NCBI GenBank assembly: GCA_963733635.1
Contig: CAVTEH010000008.1
Location: 65,746 to 129,745 of the forward strand
Direction: 5' to 3'
Origin: an uncultured Actinomycetota bacterium
GTDB lineage: Bacteria > Actinomycetota > UBA4738 > HRBIN12
DNA: 64,000 nucleotides
Within the stretch, counting starts at the first letter, position 1, and each line of letters opens with the position of its first letter. The notes beneath the pieces were generated by a model. It made no database searches. It was not told the origin of the DNA and was given only the letters and a program-made list of their open reading frames with translations. This document shows, piece by piece, positions 37,279 through 51,718 of this stretch. The position numbers and the translations under genes were made by a program.

Positions 37279-38110
37279 CTACGGGAACGCGCGCAAGTGG
37301 CGGAGCACCAGCTCGCTGAGCTCACGGTCGCCGCCGAGGACCACGTTGCCCGACAGGAGGGCGTCGTCGACCTTGAGGCGCTGGCCTGCGACCAGGGCCA
37401 GCTGGGGAGCGCGCCCGACGAGCTGGGCGTCGGGCTTCTTCTCGCCGGCCGGCATCTCGCCGGATCCAAGGCCCCAGTGCCAGCTGCCTTGGCCGGCGCC
37501 GTCGACCTGCACCTCGACCGAGAGGCCCGTAAGGTCGTAACCGGAGCGGCCGAGCGACCAGGGGAGCATGCGGACGGCCAGGTCGATCGTGAGGTAGATC
37601 GGCCAGTGCTGCCACTGCGGGCCGAGGCCGTTGGTGGCGCGCATGTCCTCGCCGTGCAGCCACCATTCCACGACCCGGGTCTGCACCAGGTACTTCGCCG
37701 CGATCGGACCCTCGACGTACTCGAAACGTCGCTCGGCCCAGTCTCGGTCCGAGAGCGTGGCGCAGTGGGCCAGGAACGACCCGGCCGCCTGACCCCACGT
37801 CGTGAGCACCTCGCGCGTGTCTTGGCCCGAGCGACGGTTCACCGTCCAGTGGTTGAAGGCGTCCAGGTCGAACGGAGCCTCACCGAGCTCGGCTCGGAAC
37901 TCGTCGAGCTCGACCGTGGGCTCATCGGCGACGAGCTGGGCGGCGATCGTGTCGCCTGCCGCGAGGTGGGCCATGACGTCGCGATTCCACCAGCCGTCGG
38001 CGGCGCTGGGCTGCTCCCACGTGCTCGGGGTCGGCGTACTGGATCGTGCGTCCCAGTCGCTGGCGCTCGGCGTGGGCCACGCCCAGGAGCTGCTCACGGT
38101 CCAGGCTCAC
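37279..38110 (-). CDS. Mycothiol-dependent maleylpyruvate-isomerase-like (MDMPI/DinB superfamily) protein; one N-terminal frame break
   Basis: GTG 38110 gives MSLDREQLLGVAHAERQRLGRTIQYADP. A shift in the GGGG run at 38026-38029 then leads to STWEQPSAADGWWNRDVMAHLAAGD in ORF 37279..38097. Confidence 0.75.
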
Positions 38111-38184
38111 GCGGTCGTCCTTTCCTTGGCTCCTCGGCCTCCCCGACGGGAACGCGCTGTCGGCGCGGATTGTACATTCGCCGG

Positions 38185-39316
38185 GTGCGCGTCCTGGTCG
38201 CTCCCGACAAGTTCAAGGGCACGCTGACCGCCCGCCAGGCGTGCGATGCCGTAGCGGCGGGCTGGTCCCGGGTCCGGCCGGACGACCGGCTCGAGACGGT
38301 GCCGATGGCCGATGGGGGAGAGGGCACGATGCAGGCGCTCCTCGACGCCCTCGGGGGCCAGCTTGGTGGCCGCGACGGTGACGGGACCGCTGGGCGACCG
38401 GGTCGACGCCGAGCTCGCCCTGGCGCGAACGCCGGACGGGGTGCTCGGCGTCGTGGAGATGGCGAGGGCGTCGGGGCTCCAGCTGCTTGCAGGCGCCCGC
38501 CGCGATCCGAATCGAGCCACGACCCGGGGGACCGGCGATCTGATGCTGGCAGCCATGGAGGCCGGTGCGGAGCGGTTGCTGGTGTGCATCGGCGGGAGCG
38601 CTACGAACGACGGTGGTGCTGGCATGGCGGAGGCCTTGGGCTTCCGGTTCCTCGACGCCGCGGGAGACGACATCCCGGCCGGGGGCGTCGGACTCCTGCA
38701 GCTCGCGCGCATCGACGCGACCCGCATCCGTCCGGAGCTCGCCCGCGTGTCGATCGTGGCTGCGTGCGACGTGGACAATCCGCTCACCGGTCCTGCAGGC
38801 GCGAGCACCGTCTACGGCCCCCAGAAGGGCGCCTCCCCCGGCGACGTGATGGTGCTCGACCGGGCGCTCGGTCACCTCGCCGCGGTGGTCCAGCACGATC
38901 TGGGGGTGTCCTTCAAGGACCAACTGGGCGCGGGCGCGGCCGGAGGCCTCGGGTTCGGCCTGCTGGCGTTCTGCGGCGCCCGTCTGCGACCGGGGGTCGA
39001 GGTCATCATGGACGCCGTCGAGCTTCCGCGCCGTATCGCCGATGCCGACCTGGTGATCACCGGCGAGGGGTCACTCGATGCCCAATCGTTGCACGGCAAG
39101 ACACCGGCGGGCGTGCTGGGGGCCTGCCGGCTCGCCCAGGTTCCGGTCGTGGTCGTCTGCGGACGAGCCGAGATCGATCTGGGACCCGTGCCCGTGGTGT
39201 CCCTGATCGATCGCGTGGGGGCGCACGCCGCTATCGAGGATTCCCGAGCGGCGCTGACCCAGGTTGCGGCGGAGCTCGCCGCCTCGGCGAACGAGCTGGC
39301 GGGCGTGTCACGATGA
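38185..39316 (+). CDS. Glycerate kinase; one frame break
   Basis: VRVLVAPDKFKGTLTA..VPMADGGEGT lies in the frame of the 830-aa track ORF. A shift near 38360 joins it to ORF 38312..39316 (IGGSATNDGGAGMAEALG, NPLTGPAGAS.VYGPQKGA, ITGEGSLDAQSLHGK). Confidence 0.85.
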
Positions 39317-39789
39317 GCGGCGCCATCGAGCGCTTCATGGCGGCGAGCATGGCGCTGGGGCTGACGCCGCAGGTTCGTCGCTTCCCCCAGGGCACGAAGA
39401 CCGCGGCCGATGCTGCCGACGCGATCGGGTGTGAGGTGGCGCAGATCGTGAAGTCGCTCGTGTTCATGGCGGACGATCGTGCGGTGCTGGCCCTCACGTC
39501 CGGCGCCAACCGAGTGGACGAAGCCGCGCTCGCGTGGGTCAGCGGTGCCCGGTCCGTGCGGCGAGCAACACCTGAAGAAGCGAGGACCTACACCGGCTTC
39601 GCGGTGGGCGGGACCCCACCGTTCGGGCACACGACCGATGTCACGACCTACCTCGATCCACAGCTGCAGCGCTACGACGAGGTATGGGCGGCCGCGGGAA
39701 CGCCCGACTCGGTCTTCCCGCTCACGCCGGACGAGCTCCTTCGCCTGAGTGGGGCCCGGATCGTCGATGTCACGGTCGATGTCTCGTAA
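39313..39789 (+). CDS. YbaK/EbsC-type aminoacyl-tRNA editing (deacylase) domain protein
   Basis: MSGAIERFMA..., IVKSLVFMADDRAVLALTSG, FAVGGTPPFGH. ATG 39313 overlaps the glycerate kinase stop (ATGA). Confidence 0.78.
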   Translation: MSGAIERFMAASMALGLTPQVRRFPQGTKTAADAADAIGCEVAQIVKSLVFMADDRAVLALTSGANRVDEAALAWVSGARSVRRATPEEARTYTGFAVGGTPPFGHTTDVTTYLDPQLQRYDEVWAAAGTPDSVFPLTPDELLRLSGARIVDVTVDVS

Positions 39790-39850
39790 GATAGGAATGT
39801 CGACTCGCGGGTCCGTGCAGGATCCCCGCCTGAACAAAGGACCACCCGCC

Positions 39851-40171
39851 ATGATCACGCTCACCGAGAACGCTGCCGGCAAGGTCAAGGAGCTGCTGGC
39901 CGAGGAAGGCCGCGACGACATCGCGCTCCGCGTCGCCGTACAGCCCGGTGGATGCTCCGGCCTGCGGTACGCCATGTACCTGGACGACCAGCTCAGCGAG
40001 AAGGATCAGGCCGAAGAGCAGTTCGGTGTCCGGCTGGTGATCGACAAGATGAGCGTCCCGTATCTCTCCGCTGCAACGATCGACTTCGTGGACACCCTGG
40101 AGCAGTCGGGTTTCACGATCGACAACCCGGCGGCACAGGGCGGTTGCGCCTGCGGCAACTCCTTCCACTAG
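39851..40171 (+). CDS. HesB/IscA/ErpA-family Fe-S cluster insertion protein
   Basis: MITLTENAAGKVKELL, LRVAVQPGGCSGLRY, and the C-terminal CACGNSF motif. Confidence 0.9.
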   Translation: MITLTENAAGKVKELLAEEGRDDIALRVAVQPGGCSGLRYAMYLDDQLSEKDQAEEQFGVRLVIDKMSVPYLSAATIDFVDTLEQSGFTIDNPAAQGGCACGNSFH

Positions 40172-40330
40172 CTTCTTCGCTCACTCACGGCGGCCCGTTG
40201 GGGCCCGGGGATATGGCTTTTCGTCGTGGTTCCGACGCGGTGTTTGTCTCACGCGACCGTAGGGCCTACAGTGCCAGGACTCCCCCTGACGGCCCATACC
40301 CGGCCTCCCCCGAAAGGACGACGAACCTCG

Positions 40331-42256
40331 ATGCACATCGCAGCTCCTCGGCGTGCCGTGACGGCCGGCCTCGCCGCCCTGGTTGTCATGGCCGGCATGG
40401 TCGCGCTGACGATCCACTCCTCCGTCACCGCGACAGAGATGACTCAGACGGTCATCGTCAACCCGGATCCCGTGAACAACACGCCCCACGTGATGAACGG
40501 GCGGGTCCTGCAGTTCGCACGCATCGGCAACACGATCTACGTAGCGGGCAGCTTCACGCGGGTACAAAGGTCGAGCGGGGGGCCGGTGCTCGATCGGACC
40601 AACGTGTTCGCGTTCGACGTCAACACGGGGGCGATCTCCACGACGTGGACCCCGCGCGTCGATGGGGAGGTCAACTCCTTGCAAGTCATGCCCAACGGCT
40701 CGGGCGTCTTCCTGGGAGGAACGTTCCGGAACGTCGGTGGCGTGGCCAGCCGCGGTGTCGCGAAGGTGCACCCAACGACCGGCGCACGGATCGCGGCGTT
40801 CTCTGCGCCGACCAACGGCAACGTGGCGGCGCTCGCGCTGAACGGCACCCGCCTGTTCGTGGGCGGCCGATTCTCGACGATCAAGGGTGTGCCCCGTTCC
40901 CGCCTCGCCGCCGTCAACACCACGACCGGCGCGGTGGACTCCGGGTTCAACGTGCCCATCACCGATCCCTACACCTCGGGCACCGCCGTGGACGTCGCGA
41001 AGATGGATGTCACTCCCTCGGGAGACCGCATGGTCATCGTGGGCAACTTCCGCACGGTCGGTGGTCAGACCCGCGTGCAGCTCGCGCAGATCGACCTGAC
41101 GGCGAACGCGGTCGCGAGCTGGCGCACCGACGACATGGACGTCGGCCGCTGTGCTTCTGTGTTCTACCTGTATCCGCGTGACGTGCAGTACTCGCCCGAC
41201 GGTTCGTACTTCGCCATGGTGACCACCGGCGCCGGCTATTTCCCCCAGACCCTCTGTGACACCACCACCCGGTGGGAGACCTACGAAGCAGGCCCCGGCC
41301 GCCACCCGACATGGATCGACTACTCGGGGGGCGACACCCTGTACGGCGTGGCCATCACCGGTGCGGCGATCTACGTCGGCGGACACCAGCGCTGGATGAA
41401 CAACGCCGCCGTCGGTGACGTGGCCGCCGAGGGCGCGGTGGCGCGCGAAGGCATCGCGGCGCTCGACCCCGTCAGCGGCCGGCCGTTCAGCTGGAACCCC
41501 GGCCGCGCGCGGGGCGTCGGCGTGTTCGACATGCTGGCAGTGCCTCGAGGATTGCTGGTGGGCAGCGACACACAGCGTTTGGGCGGCGAGACGCACCGGC
41601 GCCTCGGCCTGTTCCCGATCGCGGGTGGCAGGGTGCCGGTCGTCGGTCAGGCGTCGGTCCTGCCCGGAGACCTGTACACGCTGGCCGCGTCGGAGTCGAT
41701 GCTGCGCTTCGACGACTTCAACGGTGGCCCTCCCGACACCACCCCCACGCCCGTGAACACACCCGGCACGAACTGGTCGACGGCGAGCGGGGCGTTCACC
41801 TTGAACGGTCGCGTCTACGCAGGGTTCCAGAACGGCAACCTGCTGTCGTGGGCTTTCGACGGCGCCGCCCTGACCGACCAGCGGAACGTCCTGGCCCAGG
41901 GCAACTACGTGCTGGGGGAGGACTGGATCAGCTTCTCCTCGATGACCGGCATGTACTGGAAGGACGGCCGCCTCTACTACACCCAACAGGGTGAGGATGA
42001 GCTCTTCTACCGGTTCTTCTCGGCCGACAGCGGGTTGATCGGCAGCGTCGAGCACGTCGCCGACCCCAACGGCTGGAGCGGTGTGGATGGCATGACGGAG
42101 GCGGGGAACTTCGTGTTCTACGTCTCGGAAGACGGCAGCCTGCACCGGGTCGCCGACGATGCGCGGGGGGTGCCGTTCGGGCCCGACACCGTGATCGGCG
42201 GTCCCGGCATCGACGGACGAGACTACGGCAACGACGGCATGTTCGTGATCACGTGA
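40331..42256 (+). CDS. Secreted repeat protein, predicted beta-propeller (delta-60/DUF5122-like repeats)
   Basis: ATG 40331 begins a signal peptide (MHIAAPRRAVTAGLAALVVMAGMVAL). There are at least 4 tandem repeats of the pattern h-x-V-G-G-x-F-x-x-V-x-G-x-x-R-x-x-hA-x-h-x-x-x-TGA. Examples are VFLGGTFRNVGGVASRGVAKVHPTTGA and LFVGGRFSTIKGVPRSRLAAVNTTTGA. Confidence 0.6.
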   Translation: MHIAAPRRAVTAGLAALVVMAGMVALTIHSSVTATEMTQTVIVNPDPVNNTPHVMNGRVLQFARIGNTIYVAGSFTRVQRSSGGPVLDRTNVFAFDVNTGAISTTWTPRVDGEVNSLQVMPNGSGVFLGGTFRNVGGVASRGVAKVHPTTGARIAAFSAPTNGNVAALALNGTRLFVGGRFSTIKGVPRSRLAAVNTTTGAVDSGFNVPITDPYTSGTAVDVAKMDVTPSGDRMVIVGNFRTVGGQTRVQLAQIDLTANAVASWRTDDMDVGRCASVFYLYPRDVQYSPDGSYFAMVTTGAGYFPQTLCDTTTRWETYEAGPGRHPTWIDYSGGDTLYGVAITGAAIYVGGHQRWMNNAAVGDVAAEGAVAREGIAALDPVSGRPFSWNPGRARGVGVFDMLAVPRGLLVGSDTQRLGGETHRRLGLFPIAGGRVPVVGQASVLPGDLYTLAASESMLRFDDFNGGPPDTTPTPVNTPGTNWSTASGAFTLNGRVYAGFQNGNLLSWAFDGAALTDQRNVLAQGNYVLGEDWISFSSMTGMYWKDGRLYYTQQGEDELFYRFFSADSGLIGSVEHVADPNGWSGVDGMTEAGNFVFYVSEDGSLHRVADDARGVPFGPDTVIGGPGIDGRDYGNDGMFVIT

Positions 42257-42290
42257 TCTCCGAACCGGACGCTCGCTAGTCTGTGATGGA

Positions 42291-43546
42291 CTAGTACGCG
42301 GCGAGGGCGTCGAGCCCTGCCCGGAAGCGTTCGGCGAGCTGGGCGACCTCGGCGTCGGTGATCACCAGCGGCGGTGACACCGCCACCGCACCGCCCACCA
42401 GCGGCCGCACCAACATGCCGTGTTCGCGGCAGGCCGCCCCGACCTGGGCTCCCAACGTGGGCTCGTCTGCGAGCAGCTCGGGACGGATGCCGACCGCCGC
42501 CAACACGCCCGTGCCGCCGCGGACCTCCTCCACGAGCTCGTGATCGGCGAGCGGGGCCAAAGCGTCGATCAGGGTCTCCTCCAAGGATCGCGCTCGGGCA
42601 CACAGGTCCTCGCGCTCGATGATGTCGAGATTGGCCACCGCGGCCGCGGCGACCGTGGCGTGGCCGCTGTAGGTGTATCCGTGGCGCCACATGCCGGCGC
42701 CCGGTTCCCAGAAGGGCTCGGCCACCCAGGGAGCGGCGATCACGGCGCCCATCGGCAGGTAGCCGCTCGTGATGCCTTTGGCACACGTGATGATGTCTGG
42801 CTCCAAGCCGAAGCGGCCGGAGGCGAACCAATCCCCGCACCGCCCGAATCCGGTGATGACCTCGTCGGCGATGAAGAGCACGTCATGCTCCCTGCACACC
42901 TGTCGTGCGGCCTTGAGGTAGCCCTCGGGCGGCGGGAACACACCGCCGGCGCCGATCACGGGTTCGCAGAAGAACGCGGCCACGCGATCGGGTCCGTCGC
43001 GCTCGATCGCTGCGTGCAGCCCTTCCGCGTCGTCCCACGCCACCCCCGTGACATCCTCGATCAGCTCACCGTGGCCCGCGGCGTTCGCCGGGATGCCGGC
43101 CAGCGAGGTTCCCGCCGTGTGCATGCCGTGGTAGGCCTTCTCACGCCGGATCAACACGGTGCGCTCGGGCGCTCCTCGCAGCTGCCAGTAGTGGCGGGCC
43201 ATCTTGGTGGCGGTGTCGATCGAGTCGGATCCCCCGCTCGTGAGGAACACCTTCGAGCCCGGCACAGGGGCCAGCGAGGCGACTCGGGAGGCGAGCTCGG
43301 ACGCGGGGCCGTTCGTCAGGTCGGCGAATGTCGAGTAGGCGGGGAGCAGTCGCATCTGGGCGGCCGCGGCGTCGGCGATCTCGGTGCGCCCCCACCCAAC
43401 GTTGCAGTACCACAGCGATGCGGTGGCATCGAGGTAGGGCCGGTTCCGGTCGTCGAACACCCAGACGCCTTCGCCGCGCACAGCTCGAGCTCGCCATCGG
43501 CCTGCACAGCTGCCATATCCGCGAACGGGTGCCAGAAGTCGGTCAC
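42291..43546 (-). CDS. Class III (omega-type) PLP aminotransferase; one N-terminal frame break
   Basis: LTSGGSDSIDTA, FFCEPVIGAGG, FIADEVITGFGR, ITCAKGITSGY (PLP lysine). The N-terminus MTDFWHPFADMAAVQADGELEL is in ORF 43316..43546 and joins near 43483. Confidence 0.85.
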
Positions 43547-43550
43547 GATC

Positions 43551-47206
<3,656 letters not shown>

Positions 47207-47443
47207 CCATCCACCCTAGCCGCCGGTTCGAGGCTACGACCAGCACGAACGCCGACCTGGGTGCGACGAACCGACCGGTCCCATGGCAGGCACGGCGGCA
47301 GCCGGGGTAGGCTCCCGGCATGAGCCAGAGCCTGCCGGACATGGTGCGCCGCGAAGCCGGAAAACCCCTCGGCATCGCATCAGCCGGAGCAGGCCCCTCG
47401 TCGAACCAAGCGCGAGACCGCAACCGCGCTCGCCGGGGTACCG

Positions 47444-47845
47444 ATGTTCGCCGGCTTCTCCAAGAGACACCTGCACCGCCTGGCCGGGGACAGCGACGTG
47501 CTGGTGTTCGAGCCCGGGCAGAAGATCGTGAACGAGGGTGACCCGGGCGAAACCCTGTTCGTCGTGTTGTCGGGCCAAGGCAAGGTCGTCCGGGGCACGC
47601 GCAAGGTCGGGTCGGTAATGCCCGGCGACTTCTTCGGTGAGCTGTCCGCCATCGACGGCGGTCCCCGCAGCGCATCGGTGGTGGCCGAGACGCCCATGCA
47701 GGTGCTCCGCTTGTTCCGCAGGACGTTGATGTCGCTCATCAACGACGAGCCCCAGGTGACGATGAAGCTCTTGGACGGCATCACCCGACGGGTCCGCGAG
47801 GTCGATCGCGCACAGAGCCTGGCAGAGCGTTCCGGCCAGCTCTAG
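47444..47845 (+). CDS. Stand-alone cyclic-nucleotide-binding (CAP_ED) domain protein
   Basis: GDPGETLFVVLSGQGKV, FFGELSAIDGGPRSASVVA. The in-frame upstream sequence ..TALAGVP has no start codon. The true N-terminus may therefore be ATG 47320, reached through an indel. Confidence 0.75.
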   Translation: MFAGFSKRHLHRLAGDSDVLVFEPGQKIVNEGDPGETLFVVLSGQGKVVRGTRKVGSVMPGDFFGELSAIDGGPRSASVVAETPMQVLRLFRRTLMSLINDEPQVTMKLLDGITRRVREVDRAQSLAERSGQL

Positions 47846-48770
47846 GCGATCAGCTCGTCCAGCTCCGCGAGCGTCGAGGCATCGAGGGTGATGTCGCCGG
47901 CCGCCGCGTTGGCGTGGACGTGATCGGGGTTGCGGCTGCCGGCGATCGCGCTCGTCACGCCAGGTTGCTGACGGTTCCACGCCAGGGCCATCTGCGCCAG
48001 CGAGATCCCGAGGCGCTCGGCAACCGGCCGAAGCTAGATCGACGATCGGGAGCGCGCGGTCAGGTTCGTCGCCGCCGAAGACGGCGGATCACCTCGCTCG
48101 TCCTGCGCCAGTCCGGTGACCGCGTCGGCGCTCGCTCGGTCGAACGCCCCGGTGAGCAAGCCGAAGGCCAACGGGCCGTACGAGACGACCCCACACCCTG
48201 CTCGCCGCACCAGGCGATCAGCTCGCGATGCTGCAGATCGAGCATGCGGAACGCAGGCTGCAGCGAATCGACGTGGCGGATCGCCTCGCATCGTTCGATC
48301 AGCTCCCGATCGAAGTTGGAGACACCGATCCATCGAACCACGCCCTCGTCGACCAGCGCGCTCATGGCGCCCCACGTGTCCTCGATCGGGCGACACCGCT
48401 CTCGTCGGGCCAGTGCAGCTGGAACAGATCGATGTGCTCGACGCCGAGTCGCTCCAGCGAGGCATCGGCACCCGGCTCCCACCTATCGGGCCGGAACCCG
48501 CTGCCCTCGGGCTGGGGCGCCACCTTGGTGGCACGATCACGTCGTCGCGGCGGCCGTCGATGGCGCGGCCCACGAGACGCTCCGACACCCCGTCGCCGTA
48601 GACCTCGGCGGTGTCGATCCAGTTGATGCCGGCATCGAGCGCGGCGTGCATCGCGGCGATCACGGCGTCATCGGACTCGTTGGGACCCCATTGGTCCCGC
48701 CCGCCTCCCACGCGCCGAAGCCGATCACCGACAGTTCCGGTCCGTTCGAGCCCAATCGCTGCGTCTGCAT
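47842..48770 (-). pseudogene. Aldo/keto reductase, multiple frameshifts as assembled
   Basis: ATG 48770 gives MQTQRLGSNGPELSVIGFGAW. The stitched fragments read INWIDTAEVYGDGVSERLVG, HIDLFQLHWPD, VRWIGVSNF, VVSYGPLAFGLLTG and LAQMALAWN..VTSAIAGSRNPDHV, ending at 47842. Confidence 0.8.
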
Positions 48771-48835
48771 GCGGAGAATCTATCAGCTGCCGGCGAGCGG
48801 TGGCAGGCGTGAGAGGGCGCAGTACCCTGGAGGTC

Positions 48836-50689
48836 ATGACCAAGACCGTCCAGGAGAAAGAACGGATCGTCGTCCGATTCGCCGGCGACTCCGGTGACGG
48901 CATGCAGCTGACCGGGTGATCGCTTCACCTCCGCCACCGCGGTGCTGGGCAACGACCTGGCGACCCTGCCCGATTTCCCGGCCGAGATCCGGGCTCCCGC
49001 CGGCACCGTGCACGGCGTGTCGGCGTTCCAGATCCAATTCGCCTCGACCGACATCACGACGCCCGGCGACCATGCCGACGTGCTGATCGCCATGAACCCC
49101 GCCGCCCTGAAGGCCGACCTGCACACCGTGGAACGCGGGCGGCACCGTGATCCTCAACGAGGACGCGTTCACGCAGCGGAACGTGGAGAAGGCCGGCTAC
49201 GCCGCCGACCCACGGCAGCGACGGCACGCTGGAGGGCTTCCAGGTGTTCGAGGTGCCCATGACCTCGATCACCGTGCGTGCCACCGAGGACCTGGGCATC
49301 GGCAAGAAGGAAGCCGAGCGGGCCAAGAACATGTTCGCGCTGGGCCTGGTCTCGTGGATGTTCGGGCGGCCCGACCGAGACCACGTTGCAGTGGCTGGAG
49401 CGCAAGTTCGGCAGCAGGCCGGAGATCTTCGACGCGAACGTCGCGGCGTTCAAGGCGGGCTACAACTTCGGCGAGACCACGGAGCTGTTCGCCCAGTCGT
49501 ACACGGTGGCCGCGGCCCCGGCCGGCCGGGCACCTACCGCAACATCGCCGGCTCGGTGGCGCTGTCGTGGGGACTGGTCGCGGCCGCCGAGCGCGAGCGG
49601 GCTGACGCTGTTCTACGCCAGCTATCCGATCACGCCGGCCTCCGAGCTGCTGCACGAGCTCAGTCCGGCACAAGAACTTCGGCGTGATCACGCTGCAGGC
49701 CGAGGACGAGATCGCGGCCGCCAACGTGGCGCTGGGCGCGGCGTTCGCCGGCGACCTGGCGGTGACCGGCACCAGCGGTCCCGGCATGGATCTGAAGGCC
49801 GAGACGCTGGGGCTGGCGGTGATCATGGAGCTGCCGATGATCATCGTCGACGTGCAGCGCGGCGGTCCGTCCACCGGCCTGCCCACGAAGACCGAGCAGG
49901 CCGACCTGCTGCTGGCCATGTTCGGCCGGCACGGCGAGTCGCCGTTGCCGATCGTGGCGGCGGCCTCGCCCGCGGACTGCTTCGCGATGGCGATGGAGGC
50001 GGCGCGCATCGCGGTGCGCTACCGCACGCCCGTCATCGTGCTCTCCGACACGTTCCTGTCGAACTCGTCCGAGCCCTGGAAGCTGCCGGCGATCGAGGAC
50101 CTGCCGGTGATCGAGCCCAACTTCGCCAAGGAACGCAGCAGCTCCAACGGCGCCGGGTTCATGCCGTACGAGCGCGACGAGCAAGCTCGCCCGGCCGTGG
50201 GCGATCCCGGGCACCGAGGGCTCGTGCACCGCATCGGCGGCCTCGAGCGCGAGGACGGCACCGGCAACATCAGCTACGACCCCGCCAACCACGAGCGCAT
50301 GACGCACCTGCGCCAGGCGAAGGTGGACGGCATCGCCGACGACATCCCGGCGCTCGAGGTCGACGATCCCGACGGCGACGCCCAGCTGCTGGTGCTGGGC
50401 TGGGGCTCGTCGCTGGGCACGATCCGGGCCGCGAGCCGGCGTGCTCGGGCCGCCGGTCACAAGGTGGCGACGGCGCACCTGCGCCACCTCAACCCGTTCC
50501 CGGCCAACACCGGCGACGTGGTCGCGCGCCTATCCGAAGGTGCTGATCCCCGAGATGAACCTGGGTCAGCTGGCGATGTTGATCCGGGCCAAGTTCCTCG
50601 TGGACGCCATCAGCTTCACCAAGGTCCAGGGCCTTCCGATCTTCGCGGAGGACCTGGAGCAGGAGATCCTGCGGGTGCTCGATGAGTGA
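48836..50689 (+). pseudogene. korA: 2-oxoglutarate/2-oxoacid:ferredoxin oxidoreductase alpha subunit, at least 8 frameshifts as assembled
   Basis: ATG 48836 follows GGAGG and gives [28 protein letters not shown] premature TGA at 48917 sits right after the GGG run at 48914-48916. The fragments in ORFs 48942.., 49147.., 49244.., 49278.., 49684.. and 50441..50689 are colinear with KorA ([50 protein letters not shown]). Confidence 0.88.
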
Positions 50690-51692
50690 GATCGCGACGC
50701 TGAACAAGAAGGACTTCACCTCCGACCAGGAGGTGCGGTGGTGCCCCGGGTGCGGCGACTACGCGATCCTGTCGGCGGTCCAGGGGTTCATGCCGGAGCT
50801 GGGGATCGAGCCGCACAAGACCGTGTTCGTCAGCGGCATCGGCTGCAGCGGCCGGTTCACCTACTACATGGACACCTACGGGGTGCACGGCATCCACGGC
50901 CGCGCCCCCGCGATCGCCACCGGCATCGCCACCGCCAACCCCGACCTGTCGGTCTGGGTCGTGACCGGCGACGGCGACGGACTCTCGATCGGTGGCAACC
51001 ACCTGATCCACGCCCTCCGCCGCAACGTGAACCTCAAGATCCTGCTGTTCAACAACCAGATCTACGGGCTCACGAAGGGCCAGTACTCGCCGACCAGCGA
51101 GGAGGGCAAGGTCACGAAGTCGACGCCGTTCGGCTCGGTGGACCACCCGTTCAACCCGATCGCGGTGGCGCTGGGCGCCGAGGGCACGTTCGTGGCGCGC
51201 ACCATGGACAACGATCGCCAGCACCTGACCGAGGTGTTGCGACAGGCCGTGGCGCACCGGGGAACCGCGTTCGTCGAGATCTATCAGAACTGCAACGTGT
51301 TCAACGACGGCGCGTTCGACCTGCTCCGCGAGAAGTCGCAGGCGGTGCACCACCAGATCCGCCTGGTCGACGGCGAGCCGATCATCTTCGACGAGGGCAC
51401 GAAATGCGTCATCGTCGGCGACAACGGGCGGCTGCAGGTGCACCCGACCACCGAGGTCGACCCCGACCGCATCGTGGTGCATCAGGCGGGCGGACGGCCG
51501 TCGCTGCCGTTCGGGCTGGCGCACCTCTCGCTCGGCCCGCACGAGGCCACCTGCTTCGGGGTGTTCCGCAACTTCGAACGGCCGGTCTACGGCGAGGCGA
51601 TGCACGCGCAGCTGCAGAGCGTCCAGGAGCGCCTGGGCAAGGGGGACCTGGAGAAGCTCCTCCACGGCGGCGACACCTGGACGGTGGGCTAG
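50682..51692 (+). CDS. korB: 2-oxoglutarate/2-oxoacid:ferredoxin oxidoreductase beta subunit
   Basis: The ORF is intact at 336 aa: [32 protein letters not shown] (TPP motif), [11 protein letters not shown]. It overlaps the korA stop by 8 nt. Confidence 0.92.
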   Translation: MSEIATLNKKDFTSDQEVRWCPGCGDYAILSAVQGFMPELGIEPHKTVFVSGIGCSGRFTYYMDTYGVHGIHGRAPAIATGIATANPDLSVWVVTGDGDGLSIGGNHLIHALRRNVNLKILLFNNQIYGLTKGQYSPTSEEGKVTKSTPFGSVDHPFNPIAVALGAEGTFVARTMDNDRQHLTEVLRQAVAHRGTAFVEIYQNCNVFNDGAFDLLREKSQAVHHQIRLVDGEPIIFDEGTKCVIVGDNGRLQVHPTTEVDPDRIVVHQAGGRPSLPFGLAHLSLGPHEATCFGVFRNFERPVYGEAMHAQLQSVQERLGKGDLEKLLHGGDTWTVG

Positions 51693-51718
51693 CGAGGTCA
51701 CCTCGCGCTCCGGTCGGC

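Noticed and set aside
37297-39789. The 830-aa plus-strand ORF, the longest ORF in the track.
   Set aside because: It is a composite. The first ~290 codons are antisense to the MDMPI gene, and Arg/Gly/Pro-rich stretches run through the out-of-frame body of the glycerate kinase gene. Only two parts look like real protein: the glycerate kinase N-terminus (about 38185-38360) and the YbaK-like part (39313-39789). Its length comes from the scarcity of stop codons in GC-rich DNA.
40186-40225. A possible intrinsic terminator after the IscA-like gene (CGGCCC-GTTG-GGGCC followed by a distant CTTTTCG).
   Set aside because: The stem is only 5-6 bp and the T-tract is short and about 13 nt away. It is too weak to report as a feature.
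40181-42145. The 654-aa minus-strand ORF antisense to the beta-propeller gene. Similar long antisense ORFs are 2828..3868(-), 11686..12873(+), 43914..45371(+), 14554..15558(+), 17771..18739(-) and 23524..24609(+).
   Set aside because: All have extreme Arg/Pro/Gly/His composition and no recognisable motifs. Each lies opposite a gene with clear family signatures. These are typical shadow ORFs of high-GC genomes.
47207-47320. A possible riboswitch (SAH, SAM-IV or cobalamin) in the metH leader.
   Set aside because: I read the minus-strand leader and could not find the conserved cores I remember for these classes. Nothing resembles the B12 box or the SAH/SAM-IV junction sequences. Only a covariance-model scan could exclude one definitively.
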